From Pirellulales bacterium (GTDB lineage Bacteria; Planctomycetota; Planctomycetia; Pirellulales; JAIMBC01), in the NCBI GenBank assembly GCA_023511675.1, contig JAIMBC010000002.1, positions 1 through 57,099 on the forward strand: DNA of 57,099 nt. Direction: 5' to 3'. A model generated the notes under the pieces. The model had not been told where the DNA came from. It searched no databases and saw only the letters and a list, made by a program, of their open reading frames with translations. Both the position numbers and the translations under genes were made by a program. Shown here piece by piece: positions 26,601 through 34,784 of this stretch (positions are counted from its first letter, which is position 1; each line of letters starts with the position of its first letter).

Positions 26601-26708
26601 GATCTGGTGACCGCCATCAGCGATCTGACCTCCCGGCAAGCTGCCTTTGAGGCCGCCCTGCGCACGGCCGCCCAGGTGTTTCGACTCTCGCTTTTGGATT
26701 TTCTCTAA
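23700..26708 (+). CDS. flgL: Flagellar hook-associated protein 3 FlgL, greatly expanded (1002 aa) by internal repeat modules
   Basis: The flagellin-type N-domain (RVSDLFVSQQLTRRVQADQLQLFSLQRSISTGRRVSVPSDDAPAA) and C-domain (ARIGTQQQVLDALEQRLENEQIELQASLSEEIDVDLVTAISDLTSRQAAFEAALRTAAQV) flank about 730 aa of repeated modules. It follows flgK. Confidence 0.8.
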   Translation: MTVIGVPTNRVSDLFVSQQLTRRVQADQLQLFSLQRSISTGRRVSVPSDDAPAALRATALQMLLERKSQYLTNLKIANSFHAATDTSLADVSTLLADIRGAALSVADTISSDTQRRAIAEQVLQAIERLQAVGNRAFRGRYLFAGSLAQQAPFRVRADGRIAYDGDREKLRTFGDTDLLFEMNATGDDVFGAISAAVQGTADLDPALTPDTPLAALNLGRGVQLGSVRVSVGTSQQIVDLSSAATIGDVARLLTANPPAGRTISARVTQTGLTVEADAAGGGSLTITEVGNGSTARDLGIFHNLPTGTGPIIGADLNPRLLRTTPLANILGRKAAAILPALGASNNLHIEARQNGADFNGVTIQLVDDNRLQAAPGLTPGNERAVYSEMATPARASLKFAGGRNDLLLTAVTPGTAFNGVTISVTSTLTSGTASAVYTAATKTLAINLRSDGSTTANDVMAAINATGVFTAALDTSLEVANDGTGTIAAFTNASFANTANTGGDAKTLFVYIQPGATTAAQAMAAINATSEFSAGLDIGERDNDGSGTLLDGFSDPGATAVTSGGSGRNLDRDAGLEIRVGSQVYHIDLSDAQTIDDLLNQLNRSEADVLAEINAQGTGINIQTRVSGVDFSIGEHGGTTATDLGVRSLTAATKLAELNHGLGVHISGDIDFVIRRNDGVELDINLAGTQTIGDVLDRINNHPANSTGAPVVARLSRFGNGIELANEGPPAGSESISLTVVRNSQAAADLGLLPAGATSSSAPLPGSRAQASFDPAGANNGFIVRATANGSLLNDVTVSFVDTGLGPGNSTATYNVAARTLVFDIDQATVTAADLAGILAASPSASALFEVVLDPADGSPNDGSGLVGLPQAASLQGGVADALVGSDPNPQEAKGLFTALSRLHDALQNGDLLGIQRAIDLLDEGYTHLNFVRARIGTQQQVLDALEQRLENEQIELQASLSEEIDVDLVTAISDLTSRQAAFEAALRTAAQVFRLSLLDFL

Positions 26709-27341
26709 CTCCCTCCGCCCACGCAGATGCCAGGTCGCGCCGCTTGCAGACGCACACACCCTCTCCAGGTCTGAGTCGGGACCTTCTCCTGCGTTTCTGA
26801 GCAGGCGATGTTGCGTGGCGGCGGCCAGCAGGCTGGCGCCGCGGCCCGGCCTGCCGACGGACCCCCGCAACGGCCAAGAAGTGCGGCTCTAGGCGGCAAA
26901 GCCTGGCGAGGCCCACCACGGAGGGGAGCCCAACGCCAGCAGGCACCCTCTCCAGCCCGCCAGGTCGGCGGGCACCCCGTCTGCGATGGGGAAACACGCC
27001 GACGTGGCCATCTGTCTTGTGCGGCAGGAGCACTCCCTGAGACCACTGCATTCTCGATGGAGATGCCCCGATGAGGGGTGTGCGCGGAGCACTCGCCGCG
27101 ACGGCAGCCGGTGGGCGGCGTTCCCCGCCCGTTCCGGCCCCGCCGTGACTGCTAGCGGCCGCCGCGGCAGCACAGACCGCCATCCAGCCCTATGGGATCG
27201 CGGGCTTGGCGAAGCTCTCGCCTGGGCCGGGGTGTTCGCACGCAACGCCAGATGGGGAGAGGGGATGGTAGTGGAAGAGGCTGCCCACGTCGCGGGGAGG
27301 CCGTTGGCTAGGACTACTTTTGCCGCCTGCGGCAAGGTATC

Positions 27342-28808
27342 ATGGCCTGCCGGCGGCTCTCAAAGCGGGCTGCCTGCCTGGATGCAGGTGCTGGCAAGTG
27401 TCCCCAAGGTTCTAAGGCTGGAGATCAGGCGGTGATTCGCAAGACTGGCTTTGTGGCGTGGATGCTGTTGTTCCTCGGGCTGTGCGTGCCGGGCAAGGCC
27501 GATGAGACCGTGGGCAGCGTTCCCGCCGTCGATGGCTTGCTTGCCGACTACGTCCATGCACCAGACGATAGCTTCGGCTGGAAAGTGCGCCAGCGTGCCG
27601 GCCTGGAGGAAGCGGAATGCCTGGAGCTGACGCTCACCTCTCAAACGTGGCGCGGCATTCCCTGGCGGCATCAGTTGTTCGTGATCAAGCCCGACACGAT
27701 CCGCGACCCGAAGCGCGTGCTGTTCCTCATCTCCGGCGGCAACTGGCGGCCGGAACTGGCGGAGCCACCCGCTGAAGGACAACAGATCCCGGGAGAGGTG
27801 CAACTGCTCGCCCGCGTGGCCCGCCAGGTGGGCACCATCGCCGCCATCCTCAAGCATGTCCCCCAGCAGCCGCTGTTCGACGGCATGGTCGAAGACGAAA
27901 TCATCTCCTTTACCTTCGAGCAGTGCATCCGCACGCGGGACTTCACCTGGCCGTTGCTGTTGCCCATGGTGAAGTGCGCCTCCCGCGGCATGGACGCGGT
28001 GCAACAGTGCTGCCAGCAGCAGTGGGACTGCACACCGGAACGCTTCACCGTCACGGGTGCCTCCAAGCGCGGCTGGACTACCTGGCTGGTTTCTGCGGTG
28101 GATGATCGGGTCGAGGCCCTGGCTCCCATGGTCATCGACGTCCTCAACATGGGGCCCCAGATGCAGCACCAGCTCTTCTCTTTTGGACGCTACTCGGAGC
28201 AGATCGAGGACTATACCCGCCGCGGCATCCAGGGACAGATGGCCACGTCGCTAGGGCGGGCTCTGACCGCTCTGGTCGATCCCTACAGCTATCGCAAGCA
28301 AATCGTGCAGCCCAAGTTGATCTTGCTGGGCACCAACGATCGTTACTGGCCGCTGGATGCGCTGAACCTGTACTGGGACGGCCTCGACGGCGAGAAGCAC
28401 GTCGTGTACGTCCCCAACCGGGGCCACAAGCTCGACGATCCTGAACGTGTGCTCGGCAGCCTGGCAGCACTCCATCGACAGGCCATGGGAGAACTGAAGC
28501 TGGCCGCGCTCGACTGGAAGCTGCAAGAAGAAGCAGACGGTTTGCAGCTCGAAATCACCAGCGATGTGGAGCCTGCTCAAGTAACCGTTTGGACCGCGGC
28601 CGCTCCCACACGCGACTTTCGCGATGCCCGCTGGGAAGCCCACCCCTTGCAGAAAGACGACACAGGTTGGAAGTTCACGCTCCCGCGTCCCTCGCAGGGC
28701 TTCGCCGCCTTGCTGGGCGAGGCACGCTACGATACGGATGGCTGGCCCTACTTTCTCTCTACCAATGTACGCATGATCTCCGCCCAGCCGGCCGGCAAGG
28801 CGAAGTGA
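27342..28808 (+). CDS. PhoPQ-activated pathogenicity-related (PqaA-type) family protein, secreted
   Basis: 488-aa ORF. The real start is probably the GTG at 27432 (VIRKTGFVAWMLLFLGLCVPGKA signal peptide). Recognisable segments include TSQTWRGIPWRHQLFVIKP, VTGASKRGWTTW, GTNDRYWPLDA and VPNRGH. Confidence 0.7.
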   Translation: MACRRLSKRAACLDAGAGKCPQGSKAGDQAVIRKTGFVAWMLLFLGLCVPGKADETVGSVPAVDGLLADYVHAPDDSFGWKVRQRAGLEEAECLELTLTSQTWRGIPWRHQLFVIKPDTIRDPKRVLFLISGGNWRPELAEPPAEGQQIPGEVQLLARVARQVGTIAAILKHVPQQPLFDGMVEDEIISFTFEQCIRTRDFTWPLLLPMVKCASRGMDAVQQCCQQQWDCTPERFTVTGASKRGWTTWLVSAVDDRVEALAPMVIDVLNMGPQMQHQLFSFGRYSEQIEDYTRRGIQGQMATSLGRALTALVDPYSYRKQIVQPKLILLGTNDRYWPLDALNLYWDGLDGEKHVVYVPNRGHKLDDPERVLGSLAALHRQAMGELKLAALDWKLQEEADGLQLEITSDVEPAQVTVWTAAAPTRDFRDARWEAHPLQKDDTGWKFTLPRPSQGFAALLGEARYDTDGWPYFLSTNVRMISAQPAGKAK

Positions 28809-29141
28809 ACGCGACCCGCTCAACAGTCCCGTATGCCAGCCACCCTGCCAGCCGATCATGCCGACTCGTACCGTTGGCATGGGGCCGCCAGGGCAGGCGT
28901 GTGGCAGCGAGGCAGGCGCCTCTGCCGGCAAGTTCGAGATCGCGCGGGCGGCCGTCCCGTCCCTCGCGCGCGATTCGGCACGGGCACCATGCCACAGCCA
29001 AGGCTGCCGGTCCGTTTCCGTCGCTCCCCGTCTTGCGCAGGCATTTCAGCAGGAAGCGCGCCGCGCGCCAGCAGGGTCTGCTGCTCGTGTCCCGAGACGG
29101 GACGACAAGCTGGTTTGGCCTGGCACCCTCGCCCCACCATG

Positions 29142-32100
29142 TCACGGCGGCACCGGGTTCTCGCTCAACAGATAGGCGAGAAGATGGCGGAGTTCCTCGG
29201 GCGTTTTGACCAGCCCGGCGGGCATGGGGGAGACGTTCGACAGTTCTCGCCGCTCGATATCGGCCGTGCTCAGCTTCAAACGGGTGGCGTCCGGCAGCAG
29301 CAGCTCGAGATCCTGGCCATCTTCAGCAAGAACCAGGCCGGTGATCAGCCGGCCGTCGGCCATCTCCAGCGTTGTGGCCCGGAACAGGGGCGCTATCTGG
29401 CGGCTGGGCAGCAGCACGGACTCGACCAGATGGTCGACCGTGAACCGGCGTGCGGCACCGGCCAGGCTGGGTCCGCCCGAGGCACTTTGATTGGGGCTGA
29501 TCGCGTGGCACTTGACACAGCCCAGGCCGTCTCTGCCGAACAGGCGGCGCCCTACTGCCGCGTCTCCCTGGCGCGCCTCCGCGGCCCAGTCTCGCTCGGC
29601 GAACTCATGGGGCACCTCCTGTCCCGCCGAAGCGGCGGCAGCTCGTCTCAACCGTTCGCTGAGGCTGTGTTCCGCTGGCTGCTCGGGAATGTCCCATACC
29701 AACTCGCCAGGTGCGCGGAGCCAGAGGAGAACCTTGGCATTGTCCTTGTTGGGGGCCAACCGAATCAACAGCTCGTTGGTTCCCGGTTCCAGGTGCAGGA
29801 CAAACGGCAGCTCGTGGTCCAGTTCGCGGCCGTTGACCCACGCTCGGGCCGCTTGCTGGGGTTCTAGCGAAAGCAGAGCCTGCTGGGGCTCACGGCACTG
29901 ACAGCGCAGGTAGAGGTAGCAAGAGGCGCTGCCATCGGGCGCACTGCGGGGCTGCAAGTCGAATTCCGGCCCGGCAGGGACGCGGCTCCAGCGACGCAGC
30001 TCCGCACTGTTGGCTGGTTCCGGGCTAGCGGCATGCGCGGGCACCTCGCCAGACAGATCAACCGCCGCACCGTCGGCCGGATGGGCTGCTCGCAGTGGGT
30101 TTCCTCCATCGTCGAAGGGCCCCAGCACCCACGCCGCAACGGCGGCCGTTAGGGGTGCGCTCTGCAATCGGCTGCGCTGCGTATCGAGGCGGGTTTGCAG
30201 CACCAGAGATTCGCTGCGATCATCTCGCAGCAGCCCAAGAAATTGCGCCGCCTGCAATCGCACCGGCTCGTTCGGGTCCGAGAGCAGTCCGACCAGCATG
30301 GCAAACAGCGCCTCTTGCTCTTCGCTGTGGGGCAGCGCACGCCAGCGTTCGGCCATGGTGTAGCTGCCGACGGGACCAAGCCCGCGCAGATCGACAGTTT
30401 CGCCCACGTAGGGGACCGAAAACATCGCATTCTGGGCGGGGTACGAGAGGGAGAGACCCTGCGGTAGCGGTTCGGCCGCTGGCGGCATGGTCAGGCGAAA
30501 GCCCGCGGCCAGCGTGGCAGCCAGGCGCACGCGCGGGTCATCGGCACGGCGCAAGGCACGCAGTTCCTCCACGCTGGCCTGCTGGGCAAGCAGCATCGCC
30601 GCCGCCTGGCGGAGGAACCTGTCTGTCGATGTAGCAGGTCCGGACAGCAGTGCCTGGGGTATCGGTCCTGGTCGTTCCATGAGCGCCTGCACAGCAACCA
30701 GTTGCACGCGCGGGTCGGGATCGGAGAGGGCTTCCACGAACAACTCGCGCGGCGCCTCCAGCTCCGCGTGGCGCGCCAGCACCCGCAGGGCCTGCCAGCG
30801 AAACCGTCCCTGGGGCGGACGCGGGTACAACGGCAGCCAGTACGCTACTTCCGGGTCGCGCTGGCGCCAGGCTTCCAACTGTTCAGGCAATACGGCCTGG
30901 CTGATGAGCAGTCCGCGCCCTTTGGGGGTAGGGGGTACGGCGGCCAGCCAGAGCGCGTGGGGGATGGCCGTCTCAGAAGGCGGCTCTGCCAGGATGACCC
31001 AGGCCGCCTGCGGCCACAAGTCGCCCCCGCGACGCAGTAGTTCCTGGTGTGCACGCTGCCTGCGAGACCAGGAGGGGCTGTGCAGGTCTTCCCAGAGAAG
31101 GGTGTCGCTGATTTCCGTCACGCGATGCCGCTGGAAGGGGAAGTTTTCGAAGTCATCGGCGCGAGTGAGCATGACCAGGTCGCTGGGGTAGGCGGGCGAG
31201 TGCTCGTTCTGGGCCATGTAGGCAATGGCTACAAAGATCCGCCCGCCACGGCCGACGCACACTCCCACGGGGCGTGCATTGCCGCGCCCCACAAGCACCG
31301 CTTCTTCGTAGGCCTGGAAGCTCGCTCCCCGCGGCTGCAAGGGGTAGCGGGTGAGACTCCGCGCGTCCCAGCGGGCCACCAGCAGGTTGTGGCGGTAGCG
31401 AGCGGGGAGGAAGTAGGGTTCATCATAGTAGGCCTGTCCCACGGGCACGCCGCGGGTCATGCCTTCGTACACCACGTCCACCAGGTCGGCGCGCTCGGGG
31501 GTGATCTGCGGCATCCAGCCCCGCGGCCAGCCGAGGTCGCAGTGCGGCGGCACGTGCAGCAGCCGCGCCGGCGAGTAGGAGGCGGCGAGCGACTCGTGGT
31601 CGTTGTCGTTGGTGAACAGGTTCCAATCTCGGTCGAAGGCCAGTCCGTCCGGCCCGCGCAGGCCGCGTGCCAGCACTTCAAAGCGGCTGCCGTCCGCGCG
31701 GCAGCGGAACACGCCTCCCTGGCCCGTGTAGGGCGTCTGCGTCCCCGGCGGCTGACTGAACACGCTCCAGTGTCCCCAGTGGTCGGGGCGGCTGAAGTCT
31801 CCATAGTTGAGCAGCGGATCTCCAGCGGCAAAGTACAGGTCTCCCTCGGGCCCCCAGGCCAGGCCGTGCAGCGTGACGTGCAGATCCACCGGCCAGCCCC
31901 ACACGAGGCGCCGTGCCTCGATGCCGCTGCGCCGCACTCGTGCACCGGGCAATAGGTAAATCGCCGCTTCGGTCATCACGTACAAATCGTCGCCGCGGAT
32001 CTCGATATCGCTGATCCAGGAGTGCGGCGGAAAGCGGAACAACTCCTGGCGTGGCAGATACGCCCCGCGCGGATCCGGCTCGTAAACGAACAGGCCCTCC

Positions 32101-34553
32101 CGCCCGCCGACAAACAGCCGTCCCTCGCCATCGCAGCGCAGGCTCAGGAACGATTCGTTGCGCGAACGGTCGATCACCACCGCGCGCAGCGCAGGATCGG
32201 CCGGCTCGTAGCCGGACCCCTCCCGCAAACCGGCAGCGGGCGCCGCGTGGTTGGCCTGTGCCGATGCATCGGCAAAGCCGGCCGGACCCACCTCATCCAG
32301 GTGCCACAACCCTACCGTGTGTTCGTCGTTTTCAAAGGGTGCGTCGGGCACGCCCTCGATCTGGCGCGCCACGTTGGAGATGCGTACTTCATCCACCTGT
32401 CCCGCACAGCCAATGCTCTGCGGCGCGTAACCGCCCAGCCAGAGGGGGCCGGGCAATGACGTATCGTGTGCGGGCTGCAAGGCGGCCTGGTGAACCTGCA
32501 CGCCATCAACAAACAGACGTACCAAGCCTGCCTCCCACGCCATGGCCAGATAATGCCAGCGGCCGTCTGAGAGGTCCGTGTGGGAGACAATCTCCGCTGG
32601 ACGATAGCCGGGCAGGTACACGCTGTAGCAGCCCGAGCCGGCATAGGAGTACAGCTCCCAATGCGTGTTCGACTCCTTGGGGCCGCTGGCGACGAAGACG
32701 TTGAAGTTCGCCTTGCTCGTGATGCGTGCCCAGCACTCGACTGTCAGCGGGGGCTGCTGGTATTCAGAGCGCCCCGCGGCCGCGACATGGCCGGCGTGGG
32801 CATCGAGCGCCTGGCCAAAGCGGCCAGGTACTGTGAGGCCGGCCAGCTCGTCATCTGCGGGCTGGTGGGCCGCCGCCGGCGCGTCTGGCCCACGCGCTGC
32901 TCCAGCGGGCCGGGTATCTGCGGCAGGCTGTGAGAGAGCGGCGGCCTTTGGCTCTGCGACAGTCTTTGGTTCTGCGGCGGCCTGGCCGTTAGCGGCCGGC
33001 TGCGCAGCGGCAAGCTGCGAGCGGCCCGCGGCCCAGGCGCAGCCTCTGCGGATCAGCTCCGCGGTGCCCTCGTTGCGGATGGCGGGGGCATCGTGCCCCA
33101 GTACGGTCTGGAATACGCGCCCGGCACCATGGCGGTAGGCAAAGGCCATCGGCTCGAGTTGGCCTGTGTCTCTGGAGCGGGCCACTGCCAGCGGTTCGAT
33201 GGGCAACTCTCCCTGCTGGCGGTAGTACAGCTCGTCGGTCGTATCGAAATCGGCCAGGCCGCGGGTGATGGCGTGGTCGCGCGCCGTGATTCCCACGCGG
33301 AAGGGACCGTAGGCGTCGTGCCCGCTCTGCCCGTCTACCCACACGCGGCGTGCCAACTGGCGGTATGCGGGCCAGCCGCGAAACGCACCGTTGGCAAAGT
33401 GAATCACTGCCAGTCCCCCGCCCTCGGAGACGTAATCGAGCAACGCCTGCTGCGCCTGTGCAGGCAGCTCGGGCTGCTGCCAGTTGACGTAGTTTTGCAC
33501 CACCACGTCGAACTCGGCAAGGCCTTCGCGGGTGAGCGTCTGCGGCTCGATCAGCACCGTGACGCGCTGCCGAGGATCGGCAGCCAGCACGTCTTGCAGG
33601 GCGGCCGTGGTGGCCCGCCAATCATGTGCCGGGTGATTGTGGCCGGTGAGGATCAGCGTTCGCAGGGGACCCGCATCCACTTCCTCGGGTGGCGGACCAT
33701 CGATGGAAAGTGCGTCTTGCGCCAGGCTGCTCTCGACCCCGGTATCTGGTACCTCCAGCCCGGCCGCCCACACAATGGCATTGAGCACCAGTTTGCGAAA
33801 CCCCTCTACACCCCAGTTCTCGTGAAAGTGCCCCCCCGTGAAGGCAAAGCCCCGCCCCCCATCGGCACGTTGAACGGCCCAGGCTACCGTCTGCGGCTCT
33901 GGCTCGTCGGGGATACGTGTGGTCAACAGCCGCGCCAACCTCGCGTCGTCGGCCCTGAATCGCATGCGGTAGTAGTACTCCTCATGCAATTCGAATGGCG
34001 TCAGGCCGCGGCAGACGGGATGTCCCTCCGCCGGCGTGCACGTGGTGGTGTGCGTACCAATGGCCGAATACCAGTGGTTGGGTCCGGGGCCGCTCTCGTA
34101 GTCGAAAAACCCGCCGAGCCAATTGAGAAAACGCTCTCCTGCCTCGTCGCGAGGTACGAACAGCGTGTAGTGCAAGGCGACCATGCCCACGCCCCGCGCA
34201 GCCAACTCATCGAGCTTGGCCAGCCGCTCGGGACGCAACAGCGGATGGGCCTGGCGGTCGCGGTCCGAGCCGTCGCTGAACAAGACCAGGCAGTCGGCAT
34301 GGTCGAGTGCCCGATCGTCCGCCGGCCAGCCATGGTAGTAGATCTCGCACTCGAGCTGCTCGGCCAGTGCCGAGCGTTCCAGGGCACGCAGCAAGAGCTG
34401 CAAGCCGCGTGCATATTCGTGGTGGCCCGGCCCGTGGCTCTTGGTGCCGGGGAGGAACACGATCCGCCGCGGCTCAGCGGCTTCTCCAGCAGCGCGTGGC
34501 TGAGCGAACAGCGAACACAGGCAAGCCAGGGCGAGGAGGCGCGTCGATCGCAT
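29142..34553 (-). CDS. Giant secreted multidomain protein (1803 aa): 2 x ThuA-like, LamG-like, beta-propeller dehydrogenase-like, HEAT repeats, C-terminal CxxCH heme-binding domain
   Basis: Signal peptide MRSTRLLALACLCSLFAQPRAAG. ThuA-like segments are IVFLPGTKSHGPGHHEY and ILTGHNHPAHDW. A LamG-like segment contains LTVECWARITS..WHYLAMAW. HEAT-like repeats include DPDPRVQLVAVQAL and DPNEPVRLQAAQFL. The C-terminus is GCVKCHAIS...SPMPAGL. Confidence 0.9.
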   Translation of the reverse strand: MRSTRLLALACLCSLFAQPRAAGEAAEPRRIVFLPGTKSHGPGHHEYARGLQLLLRALERSALAEQLECEIYYHGWPADDRALDHADCLVLFSDGSDRDRQAHPLLRPERLAKLDELAARGVGMVALHYTLFVPRDEAGERFLNWLGGFFDYESGPGPNHWYSAIGTHTTTCTPAEGHPVCRGLTPFELHEEYYYRMRFRADDARLARLLTTRIPDEPEPQTVAWAVQRADGGRGFAFTGGHFHENWGVEGFRKLVLNAIVWAAGLEVPDTGVESSLAQDALSIDGPPPEEVDAGPLRTLILTGHNHPAHDWRATTAALQDVLAADPRQRVTVLIEPQTLTREGLAEFDVVVQNYVNWQQPELPAQAQQALLDYVSEGGGLAVIHFANGAFRGWPAYRQLARRVWVDGQSGHDAYGPFRVGITARDHAITRGLADFDTTDELYYRQQGELPIEPLAVARSRDTGQLEPMAFAYRHGAGRVFQTVLGHDAPAIRNEGTAELIRRGCAWAAGRSQLAAAQPAANGQAAAEPKTVAEPKAAALSQPAADTRPAGAARGPDAPAAAHQPADDELAGLTVPGRFGQALDAHAGHVAAAGRSEYQQPPLTVECWARITSKANFNVFVASGPKESNTHWELYSYAGSGCYSVYLPGYRPAEIVSHTDLSDGRWHYLAMAWEAGLVRLFVDGVQVHQAALQPAHDTSLPGPLWLGGYAPQSIGCAGQVDEVRISNVARQIEGVPDAPFENDEHTVGLWHLDEVGPAGFADASAQANHAAPAAGLREGSGYEPADPALRAVVIDRSRNESFLSLRCDGEGRLFVGGREGLFVYEPDPRGAYLPRQELFRFPPHSWISDIEIRGDDLYVMTEAAIYLLPGARVRRSGIEARRLVWGWPVDLHVTLHGLAWGPEGDLYFAAGDPLLNYGDFSRPDHWGHWSVFSQPPGTQTPYTGQGGVFRCRADGSRFEVLARGLRGPDGLAFDRDWNLFTNDNDHESLAASYSPARLLHVPPHCDLGWPRGWMPQITPERADLVDVVYEGMTRGVPVGQAYYDEPYFLPARYRHNLLVARWDARSLTRYPLQPRGASFQAYEEAVLVGRGNARPVGVCVGRGGRIFVAIAYMAQNEHSPAYPSDLVMLTRADDFENFPFQRHRVTEISDTLLWEDLHSPSWSRRQRAHQELLRRGGDLWPQAAWVILAEPPSETAIPHALWLAAVPPTPKGRGLLISQAVLPEQLEAWRQRDPEVAYWLPLYPRPPQGRFRWQALRVLARHAELEAPRELFVEALSDPDPRVQLVAVQALMERPGPIPQALLSGPATSTDRFLRQAAAMLLAQQASVEELRALRRADDPRVRLAATLAAGFRLTMPPAAEPLPQGLSLSYPAQNAMFSVPYVGETVDLRGLGPVGSYTMAERWRALPHSEEQEALFAMLVGLLSDPNEPVRLQAAQFLGLLRDDRSESLVLQTRLDTQRSRLQSAPLTAAVAAWVLGPFDDGGNPLRAAHPADGAAVDLSGEVPAHAASPEPANSAELRRWSRVPAGPEFDLQPRSAPDGSASCYLYLRCQCREPQQALLSLEPQQAARAWVNGRELDHELPFVLHLEPGTNELLIRLAPNKDNAKVLLWLRAPGELVWDIPEQPAEHSLSERLRRAAAASAGQEVPHEFAERDWAAEARQGDAAVGRRLFGRDGLGCVKCHAISPNQSASGGPSLAGAARRFTVDHLVESVLLPSRQIAPLFRATTLEMADGRLITGLVLAEDGQDLELLLPDATRLKLSTADIERRELSNVSPMPAGLVKTPEELRHLLAYLLSENPVPP

Positions 34554-34784
34554 GCAACAGGTTTCCCGTAGTGAGGCTCCAGGCCAAGCGGCGGGCCGGC
34601 AGCTAGCTCGGCGCGCGGTGGCCGTAGCGGGTTATTGTGGGGCGTGCGGTTGGAGGCCACAAGCGTGCCGAAGGGCCGCCAGGGGGGCCGGAGTGTAGTC
34701 CGCGGGGGTGCCTGGCGGATGCGGGGGCACCCGCCCTGGCTGCAACGCTGAAGCGAAGGCCCGCCCCGCCAGGGAAAGCCTATC

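Noticed and set aside
26986-27435. 149-aa ORF (+), and overlapping minus-strand ORFs 26617..27183 and 26889..27335, in the flgL / pqaA-like spacer
   Set aside because: The translations are Arg/Trp/Pro/Gly-rich with no motifs and no start context, so they are not credible as fliW, flaG or fliS-type genes.
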